This document shows positions 7,518 through 17,585 of a DNA stretch of 64,000 bases, piece by piece. Source of the stretch: an uncultured Hylemonella sp. (GTDB lineage: Bacteria > Pseudomonadota > Gammaproteobacteria > Burkholderiales > Burkholderiaceae_C); contig CAUPMJ010000001.1 of assembly GCA_963512455.1 (NCBI GenBank), positions 107,164 through 171,163 on the forward strand, in the 5' to 3' direction. Below the pieces are notes generated by a model. That model was not told the DNA's origin and did no database searches. It worked only from the letters and a program-made list of their open reading frames with translations. Position 1 is the stretch's first letter. Each line of letters starts with the position of its first letter. The position numbers were made by a program, and so were the translations under genes.

Positions 7518-8657
7518 CTAAGCGCTGAGTTCCACCCGGTTGCGCCCGAGCTCCTTGGCTCGGTACAAGGCGGCATCGGCCCGGTCGATCAGGTCGGCCA
7601 GGGTTTCCGTGCCCTGGGGGGAAGTGCTGGCCACGCCGATGCTCACCCCGCAGCGTGGAAGATCGGATTGAAGGACAGCGCTGTTGCGGATGCGCTCTGC
7701 CACGGCCATCGCCTGGCTGCTGTCCGTGTCTGGCAGAACGGCCACGAATTCCTCGCCGCCGTAGCGGCCCAGAATCGAAGGCCGTCGCAGCTGGGTATGA
7801 GCCCGCTGGACAAAATCCGTGATGACCCGGTCGCCCACACCATGGCCATGCTGGTCATTGATCGCCTTGAAGTGATCAAGGTCGAGCATGAGTACGGAGA
7901 TGGGCGTTCCGTTGCGCCGGCTGCGGAGCAATTCGGATTCGCCCATGTCGAACAGCGCGCGGCGTGTCAGCGCGCCGGTGAGGCTGTCCTGCGTGACCAG
8001 TTGCTGCAATTCCTGCCGCACGCGCTCCGAGGCCATCAGCACGGCGCCGATGGTCAGCAGGAGCAGGCCTAAGCTCAGGCTGACGAGGTAGATCATCTGG
8101 ATCGGGGAGCGATCGAACAGGTTGGTGGGTGGCGCATGCAGGGTCGTCAAGGCGCGGGCGAGCATGACGAGCGTCAGCAGTGCCAGGACGGTGAAAGTGA
8201 AGCGGCTCGCAAAACTCTGCACGGGTTGCTGCCAGATGACCAGCGCATGCCACACATACAGAGCTGACAGCACCAAGCAGATGAATACGACGCGATCCGC
8301 GTACTGGCCCGGATGAATTCCCACCCGCCACAGCACGAGCAGGGATGCCGCCAGCAGAGCAGGCAAAAAGAGGCGAGGCAAGGGCTGGCCGAAGAAACGG
8401 CTGGTGCCGGACAGCTGCACGCCGACGGCCAGGAACAGGAGGGCATTGCCGGCCATGATGGACATCACATCGGGAATGATGCCGCGCAGGCCGAAGAACA
8501 CCGTGGAGGCAAAAGCCAGCAGCGGGGCTGCCGTCCAGTGATCGAGGCCCTGGATGGACGCCGGATAGCTGCGGCGCTGGAAATGAAGGACCAGGGCCAT
8601 CAGGCATGCCATCACGCCCGTGATGGCCACGATGGTTCGGACATCCAGAAAATGCAT
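7518..8657 (-). CDS. Diguanylate cyclase (GGDEF) with a multi-TM N-terminal sensor domain
   Basis: 379 aa with ATG at 8657. About 7 hydrophobic helices, then DSLTGALTRR...LDLDHFKAINDQHGHGVGD...GRYGGEEFVAVL. Confidence 0.9.
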   Translation of the reverse strand: MHFLDVRTIVAITGVMACLMALVLHFQRRSYPASIQGLDHWTAAPLLAFASTVFFGLRGIIPDVMSIMAGNALLFLAVGVQLSGTSRFFGQPLPRLFLPALLAASLLVLWRVGIHPGQYADRVVFICLVLSALYVWHALVIWQQPVQSFASRFTFTVLALLTLVMLARALTTLHAPPTNLFDRSPIQMIYLVSLSLGLLLLTIGAVLMASERVRQELQQLVTQDSLTGALTRRALFDMGESELLRSRRNGTPISVLMLDLDHFKAINDQHGHGVGDRVITDFVQRAHTQLRRPSILGRYGGEEFVAVLPDTDSSQAMAVAERIRNSAVLQSDLPRCGVSIGVASTSPQGTETLADLIDRADAALYRAKELGRNRVELSA

Positions 8658-8821
8658 GATGGATCAGCTATTCCGGGTGGTGGGGATCAGGCCTGGGCAG
8701 CAGGAATTGGTCATGCCGCGCTTGACCTGTAAATGCCGAGGCTGCCATTTGTCTGAGCAAATCTGAGCAGATCCCGACCATGGCACGACCGTTTCGATGG
8801 ATTGGCGTCTGGGCGTGGTGT

Positions 8822-10006
8822 TCAGGCCCGCTCGTACAGCGTCACCACGCAGGCGCCGCCCAGGCCCAGGTTGTGCTGCAGGGCCAGCCGGGCGTCTTGC
8901 ACCTGGCGTGCGCCGGCCTGGCCGCGCAGCTGTTGCACGAGCTCCGTGCATTGCGCCAGGCCCGTGGCGCCCAGAGGATGGCCCTTGCTGAGCAGGCCGC
9001 CCGAGGGGTTGGTGACGAACTGGCCGCCATAGGTGTTGTCGCCGTCCATCACGAACTTCTCTGCGCCGCCCTCGGGGCACAGGCCCAGGGCCTCGTAGCT
9101 GATGAGTTCGTTCTGCGCGAAGCAGTCGTGCAGTTCCACCACGTCCACGTCTTGCGGGGACACGCCGGCCTGCTCGTAGACCTGGCGCGCGGCCTCCTTC
9201 GCCATGGAGTAACCCACGACCTCGCGCATGTCGCGCGCTTCGAAGGTCTGGGCCGTGTCGGTGGTCATGGCCTGGGCGCGGATACGTACCGAGCGGTCCA
9301 GGCCGTGCTTCTGTGCGAAGGCCTCGGAGCAGATCACGGCCGCTGCGGCGCCGCAGGTGGGTGGGCAGGCCATCAGGCGTGTCATCACGCCGTCCCACAG
9401 CATGGGCGCGGCCATCACGTCGTCGGTTGTCACTTCTTTGCGGAACAGGGCCAGCGGGTTGTTGACGGCGTGGCGGCTGGCCTTGGCGCGGATGGCGGCA
9501 AAGGTTTCGAGTTTGGTGCCGTACTGCTGCATGTGTGCGAGACCCGCGCCGCCGAAGTAGCGCAGGGCTAGCGGGATCTCGGCGTGGCCGACCAGCTCCT
9601 GGGTGGCTTCGTCGAAGCGGTCGAAGGGGGTGGGGCGGTCGCCGAACACGGCGCCCAGGGCGCCGGGGCTCATGTGCTCGAAGCCCAGGGCCAGCACGCA
9701 GTCGGCCGCACCGCTGGCCACCGCCTGGCGCGCCAGGTAGAGGGCGGTGGAGCCGGTGGAGCAGTTGTTGTTGACGTTGACGATGGGGATGCCGCTCATG
9801 CCCACTTCGTAGAGTGCGCGCTGGCCGGCGGTGGAGTCGCCGTAGACGTAGCCCACATAGGCCTGTTGCAGCTGCGCGTAGTCCAGGCCGGCATCGGCCA
9901 GCGCGGCACGCACGGCCTCGGCGGCCATCTCGGGGTAGGGGCGGTTGGCGCCCGGCTTGGCGAAAGCGATCATGCCGACACCGGCGACCAGGACGTGGCT
10001 GGACAT
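8822..10006 (-). CDS. Thiolase-fold lipid-transfer protein (SCP-x-type thiolase family)
   Basis: 394 aa with ATG at 10006 and a GGAG RBS. VAGVGMIAFAKPG, active-site NNNCSTGSTAL, C-terminal HNLGLGGACVVTLYE. Confidence 0.88.
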   Translation of the reverse strand: MSSHVLVAGVGMIAFAKPGANRPYPEMAAEAVRAALADAGLDYAQLQQAYVGYVYGDSTAGQRALYEVGMSGIPIVNVNNNCSTGSTALYLARQAVASGAADCVLALGFEHMSPGALGAVFGDRPTPFDRFDEATQELVGHAEIPLALRYFGGAGLAHMQQYGTKLETFAAIRAKASRHAVNNPLALFRKEVTTDDVMAAPMLWDGVMTRLMACPPTCGAAAAVICSEAFAQKHGLDRSVRIRAQAMTTDTAQTFEARDMREVVGYSMAKEAARQVYEQAGVSPQDVDVVELHDCFAQNELISYEALGLCPEGGAEKFVMDGDNTYGGQFVTNPSGGLLSKGHPLGATGLAQCTELVQQLRGQAGARQVQDARLALQHNLGLGGACVVTLYERA

Positions 10007-10096
10007 GGGGAACTCCGTGGTTAACAGACAGACCCGGCCAGCTTATCACTGGCGGGGAGGGCGTCGCGGCGATCTCCAAGCGGGTCTGAGCGCTCC

Positions 10097-10128
10097 AGAA
10101 ACAGAACGGGCCTGCATTGTGCAGGCCC
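10097..10128 (-). terminator. Rho-independent terminator after the Bug-family gene
   Basis: GGGCCTGCA-TTG-TGCAGGCCC (10108..10128), followed on the minus strand by GTTCTGTTTCT. Confidence 0.5.
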
Positions 10129-10152
10129 GCAGCAGGATCAGCCCGGTCAGGT

Positions 10153-11127
10153 TTACTCGGGCTTGATGCCAGCCTTCTTGACCACCTGCCCCCAGGTGTC
10201 GTACTCGCGCTTCATGTAGGCCGCGAGTTCGCCCGGGGTGCTGGGGCTGGGTGACAGGCCCTTCATCTCGAGTTCCTTGACCACGTCAGGATCCTTGAGG
10301 ATCCTGACCAGCACCTGGTTCAGGCGGTCCACCACGGCCTTAGGCGTCTTGGCGGGCACCACGTAGGCGTACCAGTTCAGCGTGTCGAAGCCGGGGTAAC
10401 CCTGTTCGGCCACGGTCGGCACGTCGGGCATCAGCGGGTCGCGCTTGGCACCGGTGGTCGCCAGGGCGCGGATCTTGCCGCTCTTGATGTGCGGGCCGGC
10501 CGTGGGCGGGGTGGACATGAAGGAATCGACCTCGCCGCCGAGCAGGCCCAGCATGGCCGGGCCGCCGCCCTTGTAGGCGACGTGGGTGAGGTCGATGTCG
10601 GCCTTGATCTTGAGCAGTTCGCCCGCCAGGTGGCCGGCGCCGCCGATGCCGGGCGATGCGTAGGTCAGCTTGCCGGGCTGTGCCTTGGCCAGCTTCACGT
10701 AGTCGGCCAGGGTCTTCACGGGCAGGTCGGCCTTGACCACCAGCACGTTGGAGAACACCACGGCCATGGTGACCGGGGCGAAATCCTGCAGGGGCTTGTA
10801 GGGCAGCTTGGCATTCATGTGCGGGGCGACCGTGAGCGAACCCACGCTGCCCAGCAGCAGGGTGTGGCCGTCCGGTTCGGCGCGGGCCACGAAGTCGGTG
10901 GCGATGTTGCCGCCGGCACCGGCCTTGTTGTCCACCACCACGTTCTGCTTGAGCTCGTCGCCCAGGTGTTTGGCGATGATGCGGGCCACCGCGTCGGTGG
11001 CGCCGCCGGCGGCAAAGCCCACCACCATGGTCAGGGGCTTGGTCGGCCAGTTGGCCTGGGCCAGGGCGGGGCCGGTGGCCAGCAAGGTGCCCAGCGCGAG
11101 GGCGAGCGTCTTGATCTTGAAGGTCAT
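10153..11127 (-). CDS. Bug-family tripartite tricarboxylate transporter substrate-binding protein (TctC-like), orphan
   Basis: 324 aa. Signal peptide MTFKIKTLALALGTLLATGPALA. Bug hallmarks WPTKPLTMVVGFAAGGATD, YASPGIGGAGHLAGE and KSGKIRALATTG. No TctA/TctB genes nearby. Confidence 0.92.
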   Translation of the reverse strand: MTFKIKTLALALGTLLATGPALAQANWPTKPLTMVVGFAAGGATDAVARIIAKHLGDELKQNVVVDNKAGAGGNIATDFVARAEPDGHTLLLGSVGSLTVAPHMNAKLPYKPLQDFAPVTMAVVFSNVLVVKADLPVKTLADYVKLAKAQPGKLTYASPGIGGAGHLAGELLKIKADIDLTHVAYKGGGPAMLGLLGGEVDSFMSTPPTAGPHIKSGKIRALATTGAKRDPLMPDVPTVAEQGYPGFDTLNWYAYVVPAKTPKAVVDRLNQVLVRILKDPDVVKELEMKGLSPSPSTPGELAAYMKREYDTWGQVVKKAGIKPE

Positions 11128-11263
11128 GGAATCTCCTCAGGTGGATGCAGCCCGCCGGGCGGGCCGATGCAATCTGCCAGTATAGGGAGCAGCGACTACC
11201 GGCGGCCGCTGGTTTTTACTTAACAGCTATCGGAAAAAGTGATAGCCCCATGGCGTCGGGCGA

Positions 11264-11983
11264 TCACCAACGCAGGCCGACCTTCATGCCCCAGGAGGTC
11301 GTGTCGCCGGTCTTGTCGGTTTCGAGGGCCAAGTTGAGCAGGCCCAGATTCAGGTTGAGTCCGATGAAGAGCTTGCCCTGGCTGAAACTCTCGCCCGCGA
11401 GGTTGCCGGCATTGGGCGAGCTGTTGACCCAGACCTGGCCGACACCGGCGTAGGGCGTGAGCACGGTGAAGCCCTTGGAGATGGAGATGTCCACGCTGCG
11501 TGTGCTCAGGGCGAGCTGGCTGGCGCCGTCGAGCCGCGTGTAGGCGCCGCGCACGCCGATGGCCGGCATGGCCACGCCGCCACCGAGCAGGGCATAACGC
11601 ACTTCGGCGCCGTAGAGCTGGGCATTGATGGCCGGGACGTTGGCGACGAAGGCTCCCACGTCCAGCCCGAGCGGCAGGCCCTTGTGCAGATGCAGCTTCG
11701 GGATCAGCAGCGTGTTCATGCTGCTGTCGCTGGCGCCGGCCCGGGACAGGGCGCCGGCGCTTCGGGAGATGTCGGTGCCGGTGACTTCGAGGCCGATGTC
11801 GAAGCCCGTGATGCCTTGCGCCTCGGTCGGGGCGATGGGCTTGTAGCTGAAGGCCGCGCCGAGGTCTTCGGAGACCCGGCGGAATTCCGACTGGCTGAGG
11901 TTGCCGAGTGCCGATAGGTCGCCTGCCAGGGCGGGCTGGGCCAGGGTGGCGGTGAAGGCGAGCAGTGTGAGGAGTTTTTTCAT
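11264..11983 (-). CDS. Outer-membrane beta-barrel protein (uncharacterised family)
   Basis: ORF trimmed to ATG 11983 (MKKLLTLLAFTATLAQPALA signal peptide). Alternating beta-strand pattern and a C-terminal aromatic end, GMKVGLRW. Confidence 0.7.
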   Translation of the reverse strand: MKKLLTLLAFTATLAQPALAGDLSALGNLSQSEFRRVSEDLGAAFSYKPIAPTEAQGITGFDIGLEVTGTDISRSAGALSRAGASDSSMNTLLIPKLHLHKGLPLGLDVGAFVANVPAINAQLYGAEVRYALLGGGVAMPAIGVRGAYTRLDGASQLALSTRSVDISISKGFTVLTPYAGVGQVWVNSSPNAGNLAGESFSQGKLFIGLNLNLGLLNLALETDKTGDTTSWGMKVGLRW

Positions 11984-12051
11984 GGTGTGATGGAGCGGGA
12001 GATGCGTTGCAGTATCGCCGTGTCGTGACGCTTGCGCTGTTTCAAGACGTA

Positions 12052-12969
12052 TCACTCCACCGCCAACTGGCGCCGGCTTTCGAAGTGCCGCGGCTCGCCG
12101 GTAACGGGGTCGGTGAAGGCCAGTGCGCGCGCCAGCAACTGGAGCGGGTGGCTCCAGTCTTCCTCGGCGTGGCCCGGGCCATGGACCACCTCGGGGTAAA
12201 ACAGGTCGCCGCTTATCGGGCGCCCCAGCGCGTCCATGTGCACGCGCAGCTGGTGCGTCTTGCCGCTGCGCGGGCGCAGGCGGTAACGCGCCAGATCGCC
12301 GAGCGCTTCGATCAGCTCGATCTGTGTTTCGCTGTTGGGTTCACCCGGCACCTCGCGCTGGCGGAAGAAGCGCTCGTCGGGCTCGATGCGGCTACGGTGC
12401 ACGGCCGGCAGCGGCAGATCGGGGCGCAGCGGGGCGACGGCCTCGTAGGTCTTGTCCACCAACTGCTCGCGAAACAGCGCCTGGTAGGCGCCGCGGTCCT
12501 GCGGCCGCACGCTGAACACCACCAGGCCGGCGGTTTCGCGGTCGATGCGGTGGATGGGGCTCAGGTCTTCGATGCTGGTGCGGCGCTTGAGGCGCACCAG
12601 CAGGGTCTGCTGCACGTAACGGCCGCTGGGGGTGACGGGCAGGAAATGCGGCTTGTCGGCCACCAGCAGGTGCGCATCCTGGTAGAGGATGACTTCATCG
12701 AAAGGGATGACGGGTTCGGCGTCCAGCGCACGGTAGTAGTAGACACGCGTGCCGTGAAGATAGGGCGCATCCGCTGACAGTGGGGCGCCGCTCTCATCGA
12801 GGACCTGGCCCTGCGCCATGCGTTCTTGCCATTGTTCGGCACTCACCGCCGGCAGACGTTCGGCCAGGAAGTCGAGCAGCCTTGTCCAGGGGCCGTGCGG
12901 CAGAGCCACGCAACTGGCACCGACGCCGTCGCGCATCGGCGGTTTGCTGCGATGCGGCGGGCGGCTCAT
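12052..12969 (-). CDS. RluA-family pseudouridine synthase
   Basis: 305 aa with ATG at 12969. Catalytic motif SPIHRIDRETAGLVVFS and downstream GKTHQLRVHM. Confidence 0.88.
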   Translation of the reverse strand: MSRPPHRSKPPMRDGVGASCVALPHGPWTRLLDFLAERLPAVSAEQWQERMAQGQVLDESGAPLSADAPYLHGTRVYYYRALDAEPVIPFDEVILYQDAHLLVADKPHFLPVTPSGRYVQQTLLVRLKRRTSIEDLSPIHRIDRETAGLVVFSVRPQDRGAYQALFREQLVDKTYEAVAPLRPDLPLPAVHRSRIEPDERFFRQREVPGEPNSETQIELIEALGDLARYRLRPRSGKTHQLRVHMDALGRPISGDLFYPEVVHGPGHAEEDWSHPLQLLARALAFTDPVTGEPRHFESRRQLAVE

Positions 12970-12975
12970 GGAAGA

Positions 12976-13740
12976 TCAGACGCGTTGAAAGACCAGGTCC
13001 CAGACCCCGTGGCCCAGGCGCAGGCCGCGTTTCTCGAACTTGGTCAGCGGGCGATAGTCGGGCTTGGGGGCGTAGCCCTCGGCCGTGTTCTTCAGCAGCG
13101 GCTCGGCGCCCAGCACCGCCAGCATCTGCTGGGCATAGGGCTCCCAGTCGGTGGCACAGTGCAGGTAACCGCCGGGTTTGAGGCGTGTCGCCAGCTTGGC
13201 CACCAGCGGGGCTTGCAGCAGGCGGCGCTTGTGGTGTTTGGTCTTGTGCCAGGGATCGGGGAAGAAGATGTGAACGCCATCCAGGCTCTGCTCGGGCAGC
13301 ATGTGGTCCAGCACCTCGACCGCATCGTGCTGCAGGATGCGAAGGTTGGTCAGGCCGCGTTCGCCGATCTGCTTGAGCAGCGCGCCCACCCCGGGCTCAT
13401 GCACCTCGCAGCCCAGGAAGTTGGTTTCGCGCATCAGGTCCGCGATGTGCGCCGTGGCGTCGCCCATGCCGAAGCCGATCTCCAGGATCAACGGGCGCTT
13501 CGCGGCTTCAGCGCCGAAGACGGCCACACGGTCCAGCGGCGCAGCGCTGTAGGGCAACACAAAACGCGGGCCATACAGCTCAAAGGCCTTGGCCTGGCCC
13601 GTGGTGGTGCGCCCGGCACGCTTGACGAAGCTCTTGATGGTCTTGGGAAAGTCGACACCGGGCGGCGGCAGGCGGCGCCGGTCTTTGGGTGGGGCTGACG
13701 CTGCGGCGTCCTGTTCGGGGGGCTTGGGGGTATCGGTCAC
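12976..13740 (-). CDS. trmB: tRNA (guanine46-N7)-methyltransferase
   Basis: 254 aa. GTG start at 13740 overlaps the gluQ stop (GTGA). Motifs [32 protein letters not shown] and TDWEPYA. Confidence 0.92.
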   Translation of the reverse strand: MTDTPKPPEQDAAASAPPKDRRRLPPPGVDFPKTIKSFVKRAGRTTTGQAKAFELYGPRFVLPYSAAPLDRVAVFGAEAAKRPLILEIGFGMGDATAHIADLMRETNFLGCEVHEPGVGALLKQIGERGLTNLRILQHDAVEVLDHMLPEQSLDGVHIFFPDPWHKTKHHKRRLLQAPLVAKLATRLKPGGYLHCATDWEPYAQQMLAVLGAEPLLKNTAEGYAPKPDYRPLTKFEKRGLRLGHGVWDLVFQRV

Positions 13741-14627
13741 CCCTGGATTTTAGCGGTCGCTCTCCAGACAGCAGCCCATTGCGCCGTGGCCGCCGTCAAG
13801 CAGTCGCCGACGGTCGTGCCCGACACCTGCAGGCCTAGTGCGGCGGCGGCGGTCTTGAGGGCGAGCAGTGGGTCGCGTGTATCCAGCGCCAGGGCGCCAT
13901 TCTGCTTGCTGAGTTTTTCGCCGTTGGCGCCCAGCACCAGCGGGGTGTGCAGGTAGGCGGGCGTGGGCAGTCCGAGAGCGAACTGCAGCAGGATCTGGCG
14001 CGCCGTGTTGTCGGCCAGGTCCTCACCCCGCACGATGTGCGTGATGCCCTGGGCGCCGTCGTCCACCACCACGGCCAGCTGGTAGGCAAACCAGCCGTCG
14101 GCGCGTTTCAGCACGAAGTCGCCGACGTCGGTCTCTACGTCCTGCGTCTGGGGACCCAGGCGGCGGTCGGTCCAGGGCACGATGCTGGCGGGCACGCGCA
14201 GGCGCCAGGCGCGTGGCGCTTTGCCGTGCAGACCGGCACGGCAGGTGCCGGGGTAGACCAGTTCGCCGTGGCGCGGTTTCACGCGCCCCAGGCGCTGCTG
14301 TTCGGCCTCGATGTCGCGGCGGGAGCAGGCGCAAGGGTAGGCCAGGCCGCGCGCCACGAGCGCATCGAGCGCCTGCTGGTAGAGCGCGCTGCGCTGCGAC
14401 TGGTAAAGGGGAGGCTCGTCCGGCAGCAGGCCGCAGTCGGCGAGCTGCTGCAGGATCACACGGTCGGCGCCGGGCACACAGCGTGGCACGTCGACATCCT
14501 CGATGCGCACCAGCCAGCGCCCGCCGTGGGCGCGGGCATCGAGCCAGCTGGCGAGTGCTGCCACCAGCGAGCCGGCGTGCAGCGGGCCGGTGGGCGAGGG
14601 GGCAAACCTGCCGACGTAGCCCTTCAT
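13737..14627 (-). CDS. gluQ: Glutamyl-Q tRNA(Asp) synthetase
   Basis: ORF 13737..14996 trimmed to ATG 14627 ([25 protein letters not shown]...VRIEDVD). Truncated GluRS-like catalytic domain with a HAGS (HIGH) motif and LSKQNG. The ATG overlaps the upstream stop (ATGA). Confidence 0.9.
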   Translation of the reverse strand: MKGYVGRFAPSPTGPLHAGSLVAALASWLDARAHGGRWLVRIEDVDVPRCVPGADRVILQQLADCGLLPDEPPLYQSQRSALYQQALDALVARGLAYPCACSRRDIEAEQQRLGRVKPRHGELVYPGTCRAGLHGKAPRAWRLRVPASIVPWTDRRLGPQTQDVETDVGDFVLKRADGWFAYQLAVVVDDGAQGITHIVRGEDLADNTARQILLQFALGLPTPAYLHTPLVLGANGEKLSKQNGALALDTRDPLLALKTAAAALGLQVSGTTVGDCLTAATAQWAAVWRATAKIQG

Positions 14628-15670
14628 GCCACCTTGAGCGCCAGCTCCAATCCGGAGATGAAGGCATCCTCGACGCGGTGGCCCATGCACCAGTCGCCGC
14701 AGGCGCCGATGCGCGAGGCCGGATCCCACAGGTGGCTCTGGTCCAGGGGCTGGAGGGTCTGCGCGTAGTGCCAACGGTGCACGTTGGCGTAGCTGGGCTC
14801 GGCGCGGATGCCGGTGACTTCGGCAAAGGCCTTGAGCAGCTTGGACTGCACGCGTTCGGCGTCGTCGTTGAGGTGTTCCTGCGACCAGGCCGGGCTGGCC
14901 TGTACGGTCCAGCGTTCGATGGGGCCGCGTTGCGGCTTGCTCGATTCGCGCGCCAGCCAGGCAATGCGGTGGTGCGTGCTGCGCGCCGCGTTCCACTGCG
15001 GCCCGAGCGCCGACAGGCCCGGCTGCATGGCCTGCGGAAAGGCCACCATCAGCGTCCAGCAGGGCGCGACCCGGACTTCGGCGATGCGCTCGGCCAGGGC
15101 CGGTGCCTGCTTCGAGTTGCGCAGCAGTTCGTGCGCCTGCACGCTGGGCATGGCCAGCAGCACGCCATCAAAACCGGAATGCACGTGGCGGCTGTCGTCC
15201 ACGCCTTCGGTGTGCAGTTGCCAGCGGCGCTCATTGAGCGCATCACGTTCGATCTTGACCACCCGGGTCTGCAGTTCCACCGCACCCTGGGCCAGCAGCG
15301 GCTCGGCCCAGCGCTTGACGAGCGCGTTCATGCCGGGGGTGGCCACCCAGTGCGATTCGCGGGTGGGCAGCGGCGCGGCCACCACGCGGCCCAGCGGATC
15401 GAGCACGCGCACGGCGTTGGCGCTCCAGGGCCGGCACAGACCGGGCACGGTCTCCAGGGCGCGCGCGAACATCGGGTTGCGCACCGTGAAGTACTGGGTG
15501 CCGTGGTCGAAGCTGCCGAACTCGGTGTCGCGCGTGGCCATGCGGCCGCCGGCGCCGCGGCTTTTTTCGAACAGCGTGACCTGGTGGCCGGCCTGCACCA
15601 GGGTGCGGGCGCAGGCCACGCCGGCCATGCCGGCGCCGATGACGGCGTAGTGTTGCGCGGGTTTTTTCAT
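14624..15670 (-). CDS. NAD(P)/FAD-dependent oxidoreductase (renalase-like, COG3380-type)
   Basis: Trimmed to ATG 15670 ([47 protein letters not shown]). Rossmann GxGxxG motif and C-terminal [16 protein letters not shown]. Confidence 0.85.
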   Translation of the reverse strand: MKKPAQHYAVIGAGMAGVACARTLVQAGHQVTLFEKSRGAGGRMATRDTEFGSFDHGTQYFTVRNPMFARALETVPGLCRPWSANAVRVLDPLGRVVAAPLPTRESHWVATPGMNALVKRWAEPLLAQGAVELQTRVVKIERDALNERRWQLHTEGVDDSRHVHSGFDGVLLAMPSVQAHELLRNSKQAPALAERIAEVRVAPCWTLMVAFPQAMQPGLSALGPQWNAARSTHHRIAWLARESSKPQRGPIERWTVQASPAWSQEHLNDDAERVQSKLLKAFAEVTGIRAEPSYANVHRWHYAQTLQPLDQSHLWDPASRIGACGDWCMGHRVEDAFISGLELALKVA

Positions 15671-15765
15671 GTCGGCAGTCTCCGTTCTTGTCGATATTTC
15701 AGTTGCAACTTCGCTTCCACTGTACCGGAGCGGCGGCCGGCCCCGTTTGATCCCGCCGCCGGGCT

Positions 15766-16710
15766 TCAGAAATGGGTGTGTACTGGCCCGAGCATCGCCT
15801 GCCGGGTGGCCGGGCTTTCGAGCTGCTGCAGCCACCATTGCAGGGCGCGGCCTTGCTGGTGCTCGGTGCCGCCGCGCCAGGCGTAACTCACGCGCACCAC
15901 CCGCGGCGGTCGTTCGGTTTTCTTGACCACGAGGTGGCCGGCTTCGATGTGGGGGCGCGCCAGGCACTCTGGCACGAAACCACCGCCCAGGCCGCGCAGC
16001 TGCGCATCGAGCTTGGCCTGCATGGTGGCGACGGTGAAGACGTCCTGCCCGGCCAGCAGCCCGATGGTCAGGCCGCTGCCGCGTTGCGCGGAATCGGCTA
16101 CCGCCACGGCGCGATGGCGCAGCAGCAGCTCGTCGGTCAGGGGGTCGGGCGCGGCCGCCAGCGGGTGATGCGGCGCCACGGCGTAGACGAAGCTGACCGG
16201 CCCCAGGGGCTTGCCGTGCACGCCGGCGTTGGTGCTGGGGTCCAGGGTCACGCCGATGGCCAGGTCGGCCTGGCCGGCGGTCAGCGCCTCCAGCGTGCCC
16301 GAGAGGGTTTCCTCGCGCAGTTTCAGGCGGGTCGGTGCGCCCAGGGCGAAGAAGCTTTCACACAGCTCCATCACCGTGGTGCGGTGGATGATGCCGTCCA
16401 GCGCCACCGTGAGCTGCGATTCCCAGCCCGTGGCCACGCGCTTGACGCGGTTGGCCACGGCGTCGATTTCCGTCAGCAGGCGCTGCCCCTCGCGCAGCAG
16501 CTCGGCGCCGGCGGCGGTGAGCCGGGCCTGGCGCGAGCTGCGGTCGTAGAGCAGCACGTCCAGCGCGTCCTCGATCTGGCGCACCCGGTAGGTCAGGGCG
16601 CTGGGGACCACGCCCAGGGCGCGCGCGGCGGCGGCAAAGCTGCCGGCGTGCTCGATGGTCTGCAGCATGGCCAGGGCGTCGGGGGTCAGAACGTCACGCG
16701 CGGTTTGCAT
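15766..16710 (-). CDS. LysR family transcriptional regulator
   Basis: 314 aa with ATG at 16710. wHTH LQTIEHAGSFAAAARALGVVPSALTYRVRQIEDALDVLLYDRSSR. Divergent from the pirin-DoxX-flavodoxin genes. Confidence 0.9.
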   Translation of the reverse strand: MQTARDVLTPDALAMLQTIEHAGSFAAAARALGVVPSALTYRVRQIEDALDVLLYDRSSRQARLTAAGAELLREGQRLLTEIDAVANRVKRVATGWESQLTVALDGIIHRTTVMELCESFFALGAPTRLKLREETLSGTLEALTAGQADLAIGVTLDPSTNAGVHGKPLGPVSFVYAVAPHHPLAAAPDPLTDELLLRHRAVAVADSAQRGSGLTIGLLAGQDVFTVATMQAKLDAQLRGLGGGFVPECLARPHIEAGHLVVKKTERPPRVVRVSYAWRGGTEHQQGRALQWWLQQLESPATRQAMLGPVHTHF

Positions 16711-16725
16711 GGTGGATCATCTTAA

Positions 16726-16742
16726 ATTCAATTAATTTGAAT
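16726..16742. promoter_or_regulatory. Candidate LysR-type (T-N11-A) box in the divergent promoter region
   Basis: ATTCAA-TTAAT-TTGAAT dyad in the only AT-rich patch between the LysR gene (start 16710) and the pirin gene (start 16839). Confidence 0.35.
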
Positions 16743-16838
16743 GATGCCATCAAAGCGCATGGATCGCAAAACCCGTGGCCCGGCCTAAAGTTCATCCCAT
16801 CGCAGGCCTGTCCTGCTGAACCCTGGAAGGAGCCCACC

Positions 16839-17540
16839 ATGCTGACCGTACGCAAATCGCAGGACCGCGGCTACGCCGATCACGGCTGGCTCAAGTCCTT
16901 CCACAGCTTTTCCTTTGCTGGCTACTACGATCCGCAGTACATGGGCTGGGGCAACCTGCGCGTGATCAACGAGGACCGCATCGCCCCGGGCACCGGCTTC
17001 GGCACGCACGGCCACCGCGACATGGAGATCATCAGCTACGTGCTGTCCGGTGAACTCGCGCACAAGGACAACATGGGCAATGGCCGCGCCATCCCGCCGG
17101 GCGACGTGCAGCGCATGAGCGCCGGCAACGGTGTGATGCACAGCGAATACAACCATGCGCCCAAGGACACGACGCACTTCTTCCAGATATGGATCGAGCC
17201 GAACGTGACCGGCATTCCGGCCAGCTACGAACAGAAGACCTTTGCCACGCCCGAGAAGCGCGGTGCGCTGCGCCTGGTGGCCTCGCCCGACGGGGCGCAG
17301 GGATCGGTGACCGTCCACGCCGATGCGCGCCTATATGCCGGCCTGTTCGATGGCAGCGAAACCGCCACGCTGGCCCTGGACCCGGCGCGCAAGAGTTATG
17401 TCCACCTGGTGCGCGGCGAACTCGACGTCAATGGCCAGCGCCTGAGTGGTGGCGATGCCGCCCTGCTGGCCGGCGAAAGCCGCATCGAGCTCAAGGCCGG
17501 CAAGGACGCCGAAGTGCTGGTTTTCGACCTGGCCGACTGA
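16839..17540 (+). CDS. Pirin family protein (YhhW/quercetinase-like)
   Basis: Trimmed to ATG 16839 with a GGAAGGA RBS. MLTVRKSQDRGYADHGWLKSFHSFSFAGYYDP...GFGTHGHRDMEIISYVLSGELAHKD (cupin His/Glu metal site). Confidence 0.92.
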   Translation: MLTVRKSQDRGYADHGWLKSFHSFSFAGYYDPQYMGWGNLRVINEDRIAPGTGFGTHGHRDMEIISYVLSGELAHKDNMGNGRAIPPGDVQRMSAGNGVMHSEYNHAPKDTTHFFQIWIEPNVTGIPASYEQKTFATPEKRGALRLVASPDGAQGSVTVHADARLYAGLFDGSETATLALDPARKSYVHLVRGELDVNGQRLSGGDAALLAGESRIELKAGKDAEVLVFDLAD

Positions 17541-17585
17541 TTTTTTTTCTCACCCTGTTTCATTTTTTCACCCAAGGAGCTTCCC

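Noticed and set aside
8700-8760. Possible sigma-54 promoter (TGGCAG-N5-GCAT on the minus strand) upstream of the diguanylate cyclase gene
   Set aside because: The GG and GC dinucleotides are spaced 2 nt too close relative to the TGGCAC-N5-TTGC consensus, and no enhancer-binding protein gene is nearby.
8664-10079. 471-aa minus-strand ORF overlapping the thiolase-like gene in another frame
   Set aside because: Extremely Arg/Pro/Gly-rich out-of-frame read-out. The 394-aa frame (8822..10006) carries the thiolase motifs.
14213-15886. 557-aa plus-strand ORF, and the long N-terminal extensions of ORFs 13737..14996 and 14624..15967
   Set aside because: These are shadow frames or over-extended starts. 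Recognisable protein sequence begins at ATG 14627 (gluQ) and ATG 15670 (oxidoreductase), and the upstream parts are Arg/Pro junk overlapping neighbouring genes.
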